Part shown: positions 23,570 to 35,636 of the stretch, one piece after another
Layout: the number at the start of each line of letters is the position of its first letter
Numbering within the stretch: the first letter of the stretch is position 1
Origin: Octopus sinensis
Lineage: Eukaryota
Assembly: GCF_006345805.1 (NCBI RefSeq)
Contig: NC_043007.1
Coordinates: 24,304,001 to 24,368,000, forward strand
DNA length: 64,000 nt
Direction of reading: 5' to 3'
Made by a program: the position numbers and the translations under genes
The notes under the pieces: generated by a model
Told to the model about the DNA's origin: nothing
What the model saw: the letters and a program-made list of their open reading frames with translations, nothing else
The model's database searches: none

Positions 23570-23950
23570 AACAGCCACAACAACAACAACAACAACCATA
23601 ACAACCACCGTTCCACAACAATCATACCACCACCACCACCACCACCACCACCACCACCACCACCACCACCACCACACCACCACAACCACCACCACTACCA
23701 CTACCATCACGTAAACAAGGACACCACCACAACATCCAAAACAAAACCACCACTGCAACCATCACAAGAACAAAAAAAAAACCACACCCTCACAACAACA
23801 ACAACAACAAAAAGAACAACCATATCATCACTACAATGATGCTACCACCACCACCACCACTGCCACCACCACCGCCACCACCACCATCGCCACTGCCACC
23901 ACCACCATCGCCACTGCCACCACCACCACCATCGCCACCACAGCAATGAC
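23570..23950. repeat. (CAA/CCA)n trinucleotide field
   Basis: Direct reading. Confidence 0.9.
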
Positions 23951-24067
23951 AACAAGCAGCCATGTCTTTCATCTTAATGAGGAGGTAGATAATAGGTTTT
24001 ATCTGATCAAGTTGATATTGGGTGAGGGAGATCCATAGAGTAGGGTGGGGTTTCGGTGGTGGTTGGC

Positions 24068-24089
24068 AGGGTTAGGGTTAGGGTTAGGG
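24068..24089 (+). repeat. Interstitial telomere-type repeat AGGG(TTAGGG)3
   Basis: Direct reading. Confidence 0.9.
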
Positions 24090-24229
24090 TTGTGGTTGTT
24101 TGAGAGATATTGAGAACCATATGTAACTAAATACTGCAGTATTGTGTCTGTCATTTTATATTTAAAGTGTGATATGGTGGGTGGGTGGGGGTGGCGAACA
24201 GAGAGGGAGGGGAGTATATAGAGGGTGTG

Positions 24230-24632
24230 GTGTGGTGGGGGAGAGAGAAAGAATGTGTATAGAGAGTGTGGTAAAGAAAGAGGGGAGAGACAGAGACAGA
24301 GAGTATACAGTGAGATGTACTAGAGAGACAGAGAGAAAGAGAGAAAGAGAGACAAAGTGAGGGAGAGAGATACAAAGAAGGAGAGATAGACAAAGAGAGA
24401 AGGAGAGAGTGACAGAGAGAGAGAGAGAGAGAGAGAAAGAGAAAGAGAGAGACAAAGAGGGAAAGAAGAACAGAGGAGCCAAGCAGGGGAGTATCCAGAG
24501 GGTGATGCAATAGGGGAGAGAGAGAGGGGGAGAGAGAGACAAGGAGAGAGGAGAGAGAGAGAGAGAAAGAGACAGAGACAGAGACAATGAGAAAGAGAGA
24601 GAGAGAGAGAGACAAAGAGGGAAAAGAGGAAC

Positions 24633-24670
<38 letters not shown>
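24230..24670. repeat. Interrupted (GA)n field
   Basis: Direct reading. Confidence 0.9.
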
Positions 24671-24675
<5 letters not shown>

Positions 24676-25182
24676 CCAAATGGAAAAATAGATTTAAAAA
24701 GAAAAACATATATACATCTAAAAAAGCTCCTTTAAAAAAAATGATGGTAAGATAAAAAAAAAACAAACAACAATAAACAAATGATAAAAAAAGATGGCTG
24801 CCATCCCCTACCCCACCCCCTGCTGGAACTAGATTGATGATGCTGGAAGTAATAATATATGATATGCTGATGGAGTAAACTGTTGCGTCAGTATGATGAG
24901 TGACACACAATGGGGATGCGTGCTTGGTAACGATGATTGAATAACATCCATCTATTCATTACTCATTAACTAAATACTGTTCATTAGTGATGGGTGGTGG
25001 TGGTAGAGAAGACGGTGGAGAGCCAATTAATCTATATGGCATTCTTAATGAAAGACATGACTGGGTTTTTGTTGTTGTTGTTGTTTTTGTTATATTTGTT
25101 GTTTAGTCCCCCCCCCCCCCCGAGTTGACCCTAGTCCAGCAAAACCTCTGACCACAGATATTCCGGCAGTGAATCACTGAGA

Positions 25183-25480
25183 TAGGCACGGGCATGGCTG
25201 TGTGGTAAGAAGCTTGCTTCCCCGACAAAATGGTTCCAGGTTCAGTCCTACTGTGTGGCACCATGGGCCTTCAACTATAGCCTTGGCCAGACTAAAGCCT
25301 TGTGAGTGGATTTGGTAGGCGGAAGCTGAAAGAAGCCTGTCATATATACATGTGTGTGTTTTTGTCCCCCACCCCCCGCACTGCTTGACAGCCAGAGTTA
25401 GTTTGTTTATGTCCCTATAACTTAGCAGTGCAGCAAAAGAACCGATAGAATAAGAGTACCAAGTAAAAGATAAAGGATAA
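25183..25480 (+). mobile_element. SINE B, diverged, with a small core deletion
   Basis: caccatgggccttcaactatag deletion junction; 25230-25293 is duplicated at 25537-25600. Confidence 0.8.
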
Positions 25481-25600
25481 AAGGACATAATTGATTTCAA
25501 GACTTCCTGAACCTTTTAACTTTGAAATCAAACTTCATGGTTCCAGGTTCAGTCCCACTGTGTGGCACCATGGGCCTTCAACTATAGCCTTGGCCAGACT

Positions 25601-25650
25601 GGAGTTAGGTGACGTCAGCAACTGGTTTTTGTAAAAATTCACCTAACTCC
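25601..25650. mobile_element. 50-bp TIR mini-element with 5-bp flanking duplication
   Basis: TIR ggagttaggtga / tcacctaactcc (12/12); agact at 25596-25600 and 25651-25655. Confidence 0.55.
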
Positions 25651-26199
25651 AGACTAATCATAACCGAACTTCAACAACTACAACAAAATGACCCTTTAAG
25701 AGAACCAGTCAACAGGAACAACTTATGACTGTCTCCACAGGGAAACCAGCCAAGCAGAACGACAAGCTTGACCACTGAAAAAATTATAAATTATAATTAT
25801 AATTATAATTATAAAATATTATAAATACATCTGATCCCAAAACATACCACTACAAGCAAAAGCGTCTACTAGAAGAGAATCAGAGAAACTGTAAACCAAA
25901 TTCCTTTTCTTCACTATTTTCATTTCTCCCTTGTATTTTTCAGTATGACTTGTCGACCACCACAAAAATTAATGAACTTTGTACATTCAAACAAATTGAT
26001 ATACAGTTTTATTAGTACTGACTGCATTGAACACTTAAACTTACACTTGTCCTCCTAATTCACAATGTTAAATTTATCTGTTTTGAACATGTCAATTTAT
26101 CAGCATTGAAACATTTTAGTTTGTCAACATTGAAACATTTTGTCAACATTGAAACTTTTAAAAATGTTTTTCTAATTCATAACTTTAAACTTTTACTCT

Positions 26200-26388
26200 C
26201 TTTTTTTTTACTTGTTTCAGTCACTTGACTGCGGCCATGCTGGAGCACCGCCTTTAGTCGAGGAAATCGACCCCGGGACTTCTTCTTTTTTTTTTTTTGT
26301 AAGCCCAGTACTTATTCTATTGGACTGAACCTGGAACCGTGTGGTTGGTAAACAAGCTACTTACCACACAGCCACTCCTGTGCCTATC
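26200..26388 (-). mobile_element. SINE B with large internal deletion (tail joined to head)
   Basis: tacttattctatt|ggactgaacctggaacc junction. Confidence 0.8.
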
Positions 26389-26520
26389 GATAAACAAAAA
26401 ATATTGTTGAAACTAGTTTGGTATATATGTAAATAAATGTATTTTAAATATTTACAAGATTTTGAAATTTAGATGCATTTTCAACAATGTATTTTCCTAT
26501 ATATACATACATTTTCTGTG

Positions 26521-26649
26521 TACCTTTCTGTAGAAGAGCGTAGGCTCGAAACGTAAAAGTTGTTTTCTATTCCTGAGCGTTATACTAATACATCTGTTTG
26601 TTTTTAAGACCACCTGTCTTCGTCTTTTGTTTTTTTCGTAAACTTTCCC
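26521..26649 (+). mobile_element. Penelope-like-element-type repeat segment
   Basis: Reverse-complement match to 16933-17060. Confidence 0.5.
26524..26559 (+). ncRNA. Minimal type I hammerhead-like motif (A6U variant)
   Basis: ctttctgtagaagagcgtaggctcgaaacgtaaaag: stem I CUUU/AAAG, stem II GAGC/GCUC, palindromic ACGU stem III, GUA cleavage triplet. Confidence 0.45.
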
Positions 26650-26671
26650 TATATATATATATATATATATA

Positions 26672-27085
26672 TAGGCGCAGGAGTGGCTGTGTGGTAAGTA
26701 GCTTGCTAACCAAACACATGGTTCCGGGTTCAGTCCCACTGCGTGGCATCTTGGGCAAGTGTCTTCTGCTATAGCCCCGGGCCGACCAATGCCTTGTGAG
26801 TGGATTTGGTAGACGGAAACTGAAAGAAGCCTGTCGTATATATGTATATATATATATATGTATGTGTGTGTGTATGTGTTTGTGTGTCTGTGTTTGTCCC
26901 CTAGCATTGCTTGACAACCGATGCTGGTGTGTTTACGTCCCCGTGACTTAGCGGTTCGGCAAAAGAGACCGATAGAATAAGTACTGGGCTTACAAAGAAT
27001 AAATCCCGGGGTCGATTTGCTCGATTAAAGGCAGTGCTCCAGCATGGCCGCAGTCAAATGACTGAAACAAGTAAAAAAAAAAAGA
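26672..27085 (+). mobile_element. Full-length young SINE B
   Basis: Head, core, internal (TA)/(TG), tail to gactgaaacaagtaaaa; CpGs retained; preceded by (TA)n. Confidence 0.9.
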
Positions 27086-27487
27086 AAAAAGATATATACA
27101 GAGAAAGAAAAAGAGAGGCAGACAGATAGAGAAACAGATAGATATGCAAAGAGATAGATAGAGAGAGGTAGATATATAGACAAACAGTCAGATATATATA
27201 TATGTGTGTGTATAGATAGATAGATATGCATAAATATCGCTGTTATTATGCAAAAGTGGTGTCATAAGTCCAAAACGTCGCTTTTTCAGAAAACGAATAA
27301 AAACAGTTTCACCATTCCAGTTCTTTTTCCATTAGCAACAGTTTCAGCTTAACAAATAAATACTTTGCTGGGTGCATAAAATTGTAAACTCCATGCATGT
27401 ATGATATTTTCAGTCAAAAATATTATTGCAAAACTGTTGTTATGTAAGACTTACTACATTTTGGGAAAATGCTAAACCATTGTACTA

Positions 27488-27835
27488 CATCATCATCATC
27501 ATCATTGTTTAACGTCCGTTCTCCATGCTAGCATGGGTTGGACGGTTCGACCGGGGATCTGGGAAGCCAGAAGGCTGCACCAGGCTCCGGTCTTATCTGG
27601 CAATGTTTCTACAGCTGGATGCCCTTCCTAACGCCAACCACTCCGTGAGTGTAGTGGGTGCTTTTTACGTGCCACCTGCACAGGTGCCAGGCGAGGCTGG
27701 CAACGGCCACGGTCGGATTGGTGCATTTTACGTGCCACCGGCACGGAAGCCAGTGGAGGCGGCGCTGGCATCGGCCACGAGTCGGATAGTGCTTTTTACG
27801 TACCACCAGTCCAGGGGTCCTGGCTGGTTCAATTC
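27488..27835 (-). mobile_element. Family C retroposon
   Basis: (CAT)n tail, core, 2-3 VNTR units. Confidence 0.85.
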
Positions 27836-28004
27836 GATTTCGAATTGTACTACACTTTGACAATTTTCATATCTTGACATCTGAAGAAGCTGTGACATCT
27901 GAAAATGTGATGGCTTGACCAAAAGAATCGGCTATTCCAAGCAAAATTAATATTGAAAAGAACGCATTTAGCCAAATTTGGACATATGACAGTTTAACAT
28001 AATA

Positions 28005-28381
28005 CTCTTTTACTTGTTTCAGTCATTTTGACTGTGGCCATGCTGGTGGATTGCCTTTTAGTTGAAGAAATCGACCCCTGGATTTATTCTTTGTAAGCCT
28101 GGTACTTATTCTATTAGTCTCTTTTGCCAAACCGCTAAGTCACAAGGACATAAACACACCAAGATTGGTTGTCAAGTGACGGTGTAGGGACAAACACAGA
28201 CACAAACACACAAATATATATATATGTATATATACGACAGGCTTCTTTCAGTTTCCATCTACCAAATCCACTCACAAGGCTTTGGTTGGCCTAAGGCTAT
28301 AGTAGAAGACACTTGCCCAAGGTACCATGTAGTGGAACTGAACCTGGAATCATGTGGTTGGGAAGTAAGCTTCTTACCAGC
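28005..28381 (-). mobile_element. SINE B, near full length
   Basis: All family B modules in reverse. Confidence 0.85.
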
Positions 28382-28627
28382 CAGAATTTGACAGATCATC
28401 CTTATCGTTTATTAAGAACGATAATTCACTGCTCCCTTTAGTGACTTTGTTTATTTCTAATGTGAAATAAAGGAAAATAATAAAGAAATGTTCAGTAAAA
28501 AGATTAATAGGTTTTTCTTGCAGTAGATAAAATGTTTCTTGAAAAGAAAAATAGTTTTGATTTGAACAGACATTCTTTTTTATTCCTCTACTGATTTAAG
28601 TCACTGAACTGTAGCCATGCTGGGACA

Positions 28628-29030
28628 CTCTTTTACTTGTTTCAGTCATTTGACTGTGACCATGATGGAGCACCACCTTTAGTCGAGCAAATCGACTCCA
28701 GGACTTATTCTTTGTAAGCCTAGTACTTATTCTATCAGTCTCTTTTGCAGAACCGCTAAGTTACAGGGGCATAAACACACCAGCATCAGTTGTCAAGCGA
28801 TGTTGGGGGGACAAACACAGACACACAAATATATACACACACATACATATATATATACATATATATGACGGCTTCTTTCAGTTTCTGTCTACCAAATCCA
28901 CTCACAAAGCTTTGGTCGACCTGAGGCTATAGTAGAAGACACTTGCCCAAGGTGCCATGCAGTGGGACTGAACCCGGAACCATGTGGTTCGTAAACAAGC
29001 TACTTACCACACAGCCACTTCTGTGCCTAT
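28628..29030 (-). mobile_element. SINE B, full length, adjoining an older B tail remnant
   Basis: All modules in reverse; remnant gtcactgaactgtagccatgctgg at about 28598-28625. Confidence 0.85.
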
Positions 29031-30734
29031 AAATGTGTGACGCTTACAGCACCTAGGTCTCCCAAGCGGTCACCCATCTAAGTACTAACTAGGCTCGACG
29101 TTGCTTAACTTCAGTGATTGGATAAGAACCTGTGCTTTCAATGTGATATGGCCGTAAGCCACTGTCTACAAAAATTGTTAGATCATCATATGATATCCAA
29201 TACTTATTTCCATCTGGTGTGTATTCTATGATATTTTGGCTAAGTATCATTTACCATTTTTGATGTAAAGGAACTCTATGCTAATGAAATTAAAAAGACA
29301 TGGGGACTGGTAGATACACATACACATATATCTCTGTAGTGATCTGACTGTTGGAGTTTGTTGGACTCCACTAGCTTGAAGAATTTTAGCTGAATGCACC
29401 CCAACTTGAAGAATTTTAGTTGAATGAATCAATCCCAGTACTTTTCCATTTCAAACCTGGTACTTATTCTATTAGTCTCATTTGCTGACCTGCTAAGTTA
29501 TGGGGATATAAACACACCAACAACAGTTGTCAAGAGGTGATGGAGAACAAACAGACACATACACACACACACGCGCGCGACAGGTTCCTTTCACTTTTCG
29601 TTGACAAAATCTACTCACAACACTTTGGTAGGATTGGGGCTATGGTAAAACACACATGCCCAAGGAACCATGCAGTGGGACTGAACCCCAATCCAAGCGG
29701 TTGGGAAGCAAACTTTTTATCATACAGCCACACCTGTGCCATGCTTACACCTTTGTTTTATTAAGCAAAAGAAAAAAAAATCTACAAGATTAAAAGACCA
29801 ATGATAAAGAATAAATTATCGGAAAGAGAAAAAATAATCTCCAGACAACAGATCGAGGTTTAATGATACAAAATAATCACGTAAACCCAAGTATTTAAAT
29901 AAACTGGACAATGATATATTAGTTTTTAAGCGGATTATTTTTGTATTTCGCAATTTCCTTTCCATTTTTAGATATTTTTTCTTCCTAAAAACTGTGAAGC
30001 AAATCAAGGAAACAGAATTCATTCCCAGCTTTGTCTGTATTTCAATTAGACCAACGAAATGTTTTATAAGAATTAATTATCCCCCCAAAAAATGGTGAAT
30101 AAGATAGAAAGAAAATCCAAACCAAAACTAAATTACAAATTAATTCCTTTGTCTTATCTTTTACCTTTGGTTTTCCTATGGCTATGTTAGGGCACCACTT
30201 TGAAGGGTTTAGTCTAAAAAAAAAATTGATCCCAGTTATTATTTTTAAGCCTGGTACATAACCTGGTACATAGTCTATCTTTTGCTAAACAGAAAACTTA
30301 TCGGGACATAAACAAACCAACACAGGCTGCCAAGCAGTGGTGGGAGCAGGAGCACAAACAAAAATACACATACATATGTACATACACACACACACAGGCA
30401 TACATAAATATACGCATACATATGAGAGGCTTTCCAAATTCATTCACAAGGTTATGGCTGGCCCAGGGCAATAATATAAAACACATGCCTAAGGTATCCT
30501 GCAGTGGAACTGAACCTGAAACTACAGGGATGGGAAGTGAACTTCTAAACCACACAATCAAGCTTGACAATGTGTTTATATATCTATATATGGCTGTGTG
30601 GTAAGAATCTTGCTTCCCACTCACACGATTCTGTGCCCTGTAGCTGTGCTGGTAATTGTCTTATGAGAGTAAAATACCCAATCTTTCTGCTGCTTTTACA
30701 GATATACTACATTCAAAATTTATTTTCATGTCTG

Positions 30735-30789
<55 letters not shown>

Positions 30790-30790
<1 letters not shown>

Positions 30791-31025
30791 AGCACGTAAA
30801 AAGCACCATCCGATCGTGGCCGTTTGCCAGCCTCGACTGGCACCTGTGCCGGTGGCACGTAAAAAGCACCCACTACACTCACAGAGTGGTTGGCATTAGG
30901 AAGGGCATCCAGCCGTAGAAACATTGCCAGATCAGACTGGGCCTGGTGCAGCCTTCTGGTTTCCCAAACCCCAGTTGAACCGTCCAACCCATGCTATCAT
31001 GGAAAGCTGACGTTAAACGATGATA

Positions 31026-31058
<33 letters not shown>
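30790..31058 (+). mobile_element. Family C retroposon, 5'-truncated in the VNTR
   Basis: One VNTR unit, core, (GAT)n tail; preceded by (TA)n. Confidence 0.85.
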
Positions 31059-31060
<2 letters not shown>

Positions 31061-31414
31061 ATGTATATATATGAGTACGTTTGTATGTATGTCTTTTAAA
31101 TGGAAATAAAGTTTGGTCTTCTTTCTTACTAAAACTTTTACTTTACTAGGTTTACATTAAGACCTCTTAATTCTAGGTTTGCTTCTTGGAAATTCTTCTC
31201 TAATTGTTCAACAGATTCAGACTATGAGAACTAGGCCATTAGCATACAGGAGTTCCCAAGGAAAGCCAATCTTTTAACAATCATGTGTTTATTTACAAGG
31301 CCAAAAAGAAATTTTACAAGATATGTATGCTTATAGCTACTATCAGTGTGAATGTGTATGTATATTTGTTTATACTAATCTTTCATTCTGCTAATCTAAA
31401 GCTCTCTTTCCCTA

Positions 31415-31445
<31 letters not shown>

Positions 31446-31449
31446 ATCT

Positions 31450-31680
31450 ACTCTTTTACTTGTTTCAGTCATTTGACTGTGGCCATGCTGGAGCACCGCC
31501 TTTTAGTCAAGCAAAATCGACCCCAGGACTTATTCTTTGTAAGCCTAGTACTTATTCTATCGGGTCTCTTTTGCCAAACTGCTAAGTTACGGTGGCATAA
31601 ACACACCAGCATCGGTGGTCAAGCGATGTTGGGGGGACAAACACAGACACACAAACATATACACACACACACATACATAC

Positions 31681-31711
<31 letters not shown>

Positions 31712-31832
31712 CATATATACATATATACAACAAGGCTTTGGTCAACCCGAGGCTATAGTAGAAGACACTTACTGAAAGTGCCACGCAGTGGGAGTGAACC
31801 CAGAACCATGTGGTTGGTAAGCAAGCTACTTT
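31450..31832 (-). mobile_element. SINE B with internal deletion
   Basis: Tail and head motifs in reverse. Confidence 0.8.
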
Positions 31833-31914
31833 TATTATTATTATTACAACAAGAGACAACAGTTATTATCATTATTATTATTATCATCATTATTATTATC
31901 ATTATTATTATTGA

Positions 31915-32185
31915 GGATGCATGGGCTAGTGGTTAGGGTATTGCATTTATGATCGCAAGATCGTGGTTTCAGTTCCTAGACTGGGTGGTGTGGTGTGTTC
32001 TTGAGTAAAACATTCCATTTCATATTGTGCTCTGCAATTCACTTTGACATCTGATGCGTGACACACCATGCACCGGTTTAGGCAATGTCGAAGGAGTGAG
32101 CTAATTAACAGCACATACGTTTGATAACTACAAAGAAATCTTGGAGTCAACTTGTACAAATACAAAACAAAAGTCAAACGTAATA
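31915..32185 (+). mobile_element. tRNA-derived SINE (F/G type) with (AAT)n tail
   Basis: ctagtggttagggtattgc..ggtttcagttcc..ttgagtaaaaca; 3' ttggagtcaacttgtacaaatac shared with about 55345-55385. Confidence 0.7.
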
Positions 32186-32189
32186 ATAA

Positions 32190-32497
32190 TAGTCATTGTC
32201 GCCGTTGTCGTTGTCATCATCATCATCATCATCGTCATCATCAGCATCATCAGCATCATCGTCATCACTGTCGTTGTCATCGTCGTCGTCATCATCATCA
32301 TCATTATCATCATTGTCATTGTTGTCATAATTATCATCATCATCATCGTCATCATCGTCATCATCATCGTTGTCACAGTTGTTGTCATCGCCATCATCGT
32401 CGTCGTTGTCATCAGCATCGTCACTGTCATCGTCATCATCATCATCATCATCGTTGTCATCGTCGTTGTCATCGTCTTTGTCATCATTATCATCGTC
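32190..32497. repeat. (CAT/CGT)n trinucleotide field
   Basis: Direct reading; source of the poly-H/D ORFs. Confidence 0.95.
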
Positions 32498-32888
32498 AAG
32501 TTTCCAGATTAATGCCAAGATGGTTGCTGCAGGTCTTTTCTTGCGGGGTGTCTAAATGTAGAAAGATGAAAGATGGTTGTTTATCTGGATTTCAATTTTC
32601 TGCTCACAGATCCAATATATCACTTAGCCTCGATCTGGTCATTGCCATAGCCTGCTGGTACCTGTGCTACATAAACAACAGAAGATATATCATTGCATGC
32701 CTGCCCTGGAGGATATTTCGATTTATCTCTGCATGTGCATACAGGAAAGGCCTGAGTCATCGGTTGTTTATTGATAAAGAGATTTACTTTAACCAGTTTG
32801 ATGAATAGTGAACCAAATTAATATTTTAGTTGGGAAACCCTGAGTAGCTGTATTTCAAAAGGGTTTTGTGTTTTTTATTATAATATCT

Positions 32889-33120
32889 ATTTCTTTACTA
32901 TCCACAAGGGGCTAAACACAGAGAGGACAAACAAGGACAGACAAACGGATTAAGTCGATTACATCGACACCAGTGCGTAACTGGTACTTAATTTATCGAC
33001 CCCGAAAGGATGAAAGGCAAAGTTGACCTCGGCGGAATTTGAACTCAGAACGCAGCGGCGGACGAAGTACCACAATGCATTTCGCCCGGTGTGCTAACGT
33101 TTCTGCCGGCTCTCCGCCTT
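32889..33120 (-). mobile_element. Full-length SINE A with 16-18-bp TSD
   Basis: ttttattataatatct at 32873-32888 and 33121-33136. Confidence 0.92.
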
Positions 33121-33220
33121 TTTTATTATAATATCTTTACTCTCTGAACCAATGGAGTTCTATACTGCTTATAGAATATCATACTATGCATTACATACAT
33201 GCATACACACATATACAAAC

Positions 33221-33612
33221 ACAGGAGTGGCTGTGTGGTAAGTAGCTTGCTTACCAACCACATGGTTTTGGGTTCAGCCCCATGGCATGGCACCTTGAGC
33301 AAGTGTCCTCAACTATAGCCTCGGGCTGATCAAAGCCTTGCAAATGAATTTAGAAGATGGAAACTGAAAGAAGCCTGTCGTATACATATGTGTGTGTGTG
33401 TATGTGCTTGTGTGTGTGTTTGTCCCCCTACCATCGCTTGACAACTGATACTGGTGTGTTTACGTCCCTGTAACTTAATGGTTCGGCAAAAGAGACCAAT
33501 AGAATAAGTACTAGGTTTACAAAGAATGAGTCATGGGGTCGATTTGTTTGACTAAAGGCAGCGCTCCAGCATGGTTGCAGTCAAATGACGGAAACAAATA
33601 AGGGAGTAAAGG
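33221..33612 (+). mobile_element. SINE B, full length, diverged
   Basis: All modules. Confidence 0.85.
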
Positions 33613-34139
33613 AGCATACCAGAGTATACATATATACATATATATGTATATATGTACACACACAGACACATGATAGGTTGTTTTCAGTTTCCAGTTACCA
33701 AATCCACTCACAAGGCTTCGTTTGGCCTGGGGTTATAGCAGAAAACACTTCGACAAGATACCACATTGCTACAGTCAGCAGGTCTCTACTCTTCTCACTG
33801 ACACATGTTCTGACATGAACGAATGGTCAATCACTAGATCCAAGGTATTTCTTCACAGCTGTGCACCATTGTTACATTATTTCATAGGTTGTTGACCACA
33901 CTGCTGGATTCATCACTTGTTTTTCAGAGGACTTGCTTTTGTTCTCATGATTTTCTGTTAACTATCATTGCTGGCTAATCTGGTGGACTTATTGCCATTT
34001 AGCTAATGATGACCTAACCATGCACCAAGATCCATTGGATTACATATTACCAACAGTACTCAAAACAACCAGTGCATATATATGTGCACACACACAAAAT
34101 ACATGTATGTGTCTCTGTCACTCACACTTGGTGTATGTG

Positions 34140-34335
<196 letters not shown>

Positions 34336-34590
34336 CATATATATATGTATATTCATTTCTTTTCTTTTCATTCTTTGTTTCAGCGAAGTCATTGACACCT
34401 TCAAATGAATTAGCTGATTACATTGGCTACAAGTTAGTCTGGAACTTATTTTATTGACTTTGGAGCAAGATGAAAAGGTAAATGAACCGGGCGTTAAGGC
34501 AAGCAACCGAGATGGATCAAAAGAACCACTTTTTGTTCAGCACACTGATTTCTTTTCTTTTGTTTTTTTTTTTGCTATCTCACATCAATA

Positions 34591-34997
34591 TACTCTTTTA
34601 CTCTTTTACTTGTTTCAGTCATTTGACTGCGGCCATGCTGGAGCACCGCCTTTAGTCGAGCAAATCAACCCCGGGACTTATTCTTTGTAAGCCCAGTACT
34701 TATTCTATCAGTCTCTTTTTGCCGAACCACTAGGTGACGGGGACGTAAACACACCAGCATCGGTGGTCATGTGATGGTGGGGTGACAAACACAAACACAC
34801 ACACACATACATACACATATATATACATATATACGACAGGCTTCTTTCAGTTTCCGTCTACCAAATCCACTCACAAGGCATTGGTCGGCCCGGGGCTATA
34901 GCAGAAGACACTTGCCCAAGATGCCACGCAGTGGGACTGAACCCGGATCCATGTGGTTGGTTAGCAAGCTACTTACCACACAGCCACTCCTGTGCCT
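34591..34997 (-). mobile_element. Full-length young SINE B
   Basis: All modules; head abuts (TA)n. Confidence 0.9.
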
Positions 34998-35050
34998 ATA
35001 TATATATATATATATATGCCAGCTCTGCGCCTATATATATATATATATAT

Positions 35051-35629
35051 GCCAGCTCTGTCTGGCAACCGTGTCGGTGGCACGTAAAAGCACCATCCGT
35101 TCGTGTCCGTTGCCAGCCTCGACTGGCCCCCGTGCCGGTGACACGTAAAAGCACCGTCCGTTCGTGGCCGTTTGCCAGCTCTGTCTGGCCCCGTGTCGGT
35201 GGCACGTAAAAGCACCATCCGTTCGTGTTTGTTGCCAGCCTTGGCTGGCCCCGTGCCGGTGACACGTAAAAGGACCGTCCGTTTGTGGCCGTTTGCCAGC
35301 TCTGTCTGGCCCCGTGTCGGTGGCACGTAAAAGCACTATCCGTCCGTGTCCGTTGCCAGCATCGCCTGGCCCCGTGCCAGTGACACGTAAAAGCACCATC
35401 CGTTCGTGGCCGTTCGCCAGCTCAGTCTGGCACCTGTGCAGGTGGCACGTAAAAAACACCCACTACACTCGCGGAGTGGTTGGCGTTAGGAAGGGCATCC
35501 AGCCGTAGAAACACTGCCAGATCTGACTGGGCCTGACGAAGCCTTCCAGCTTCACAGACCCCAGTTGACCCGTCCAACCCATGCTAGCATGGAAAGCGGA
35601 CGCTAAATGATGATGACGATGATGATGAT
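35051..35629 (+). mobile_element. Family C retroposon with 7-unit alternating VNTR
   Basis: (g/a)cacgtaaaa at 35080, 35141, 35202, 35262, 35323, 35383, 35445. Confidence 0.9.
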
Positions 35630-35636
35630 ATATATA

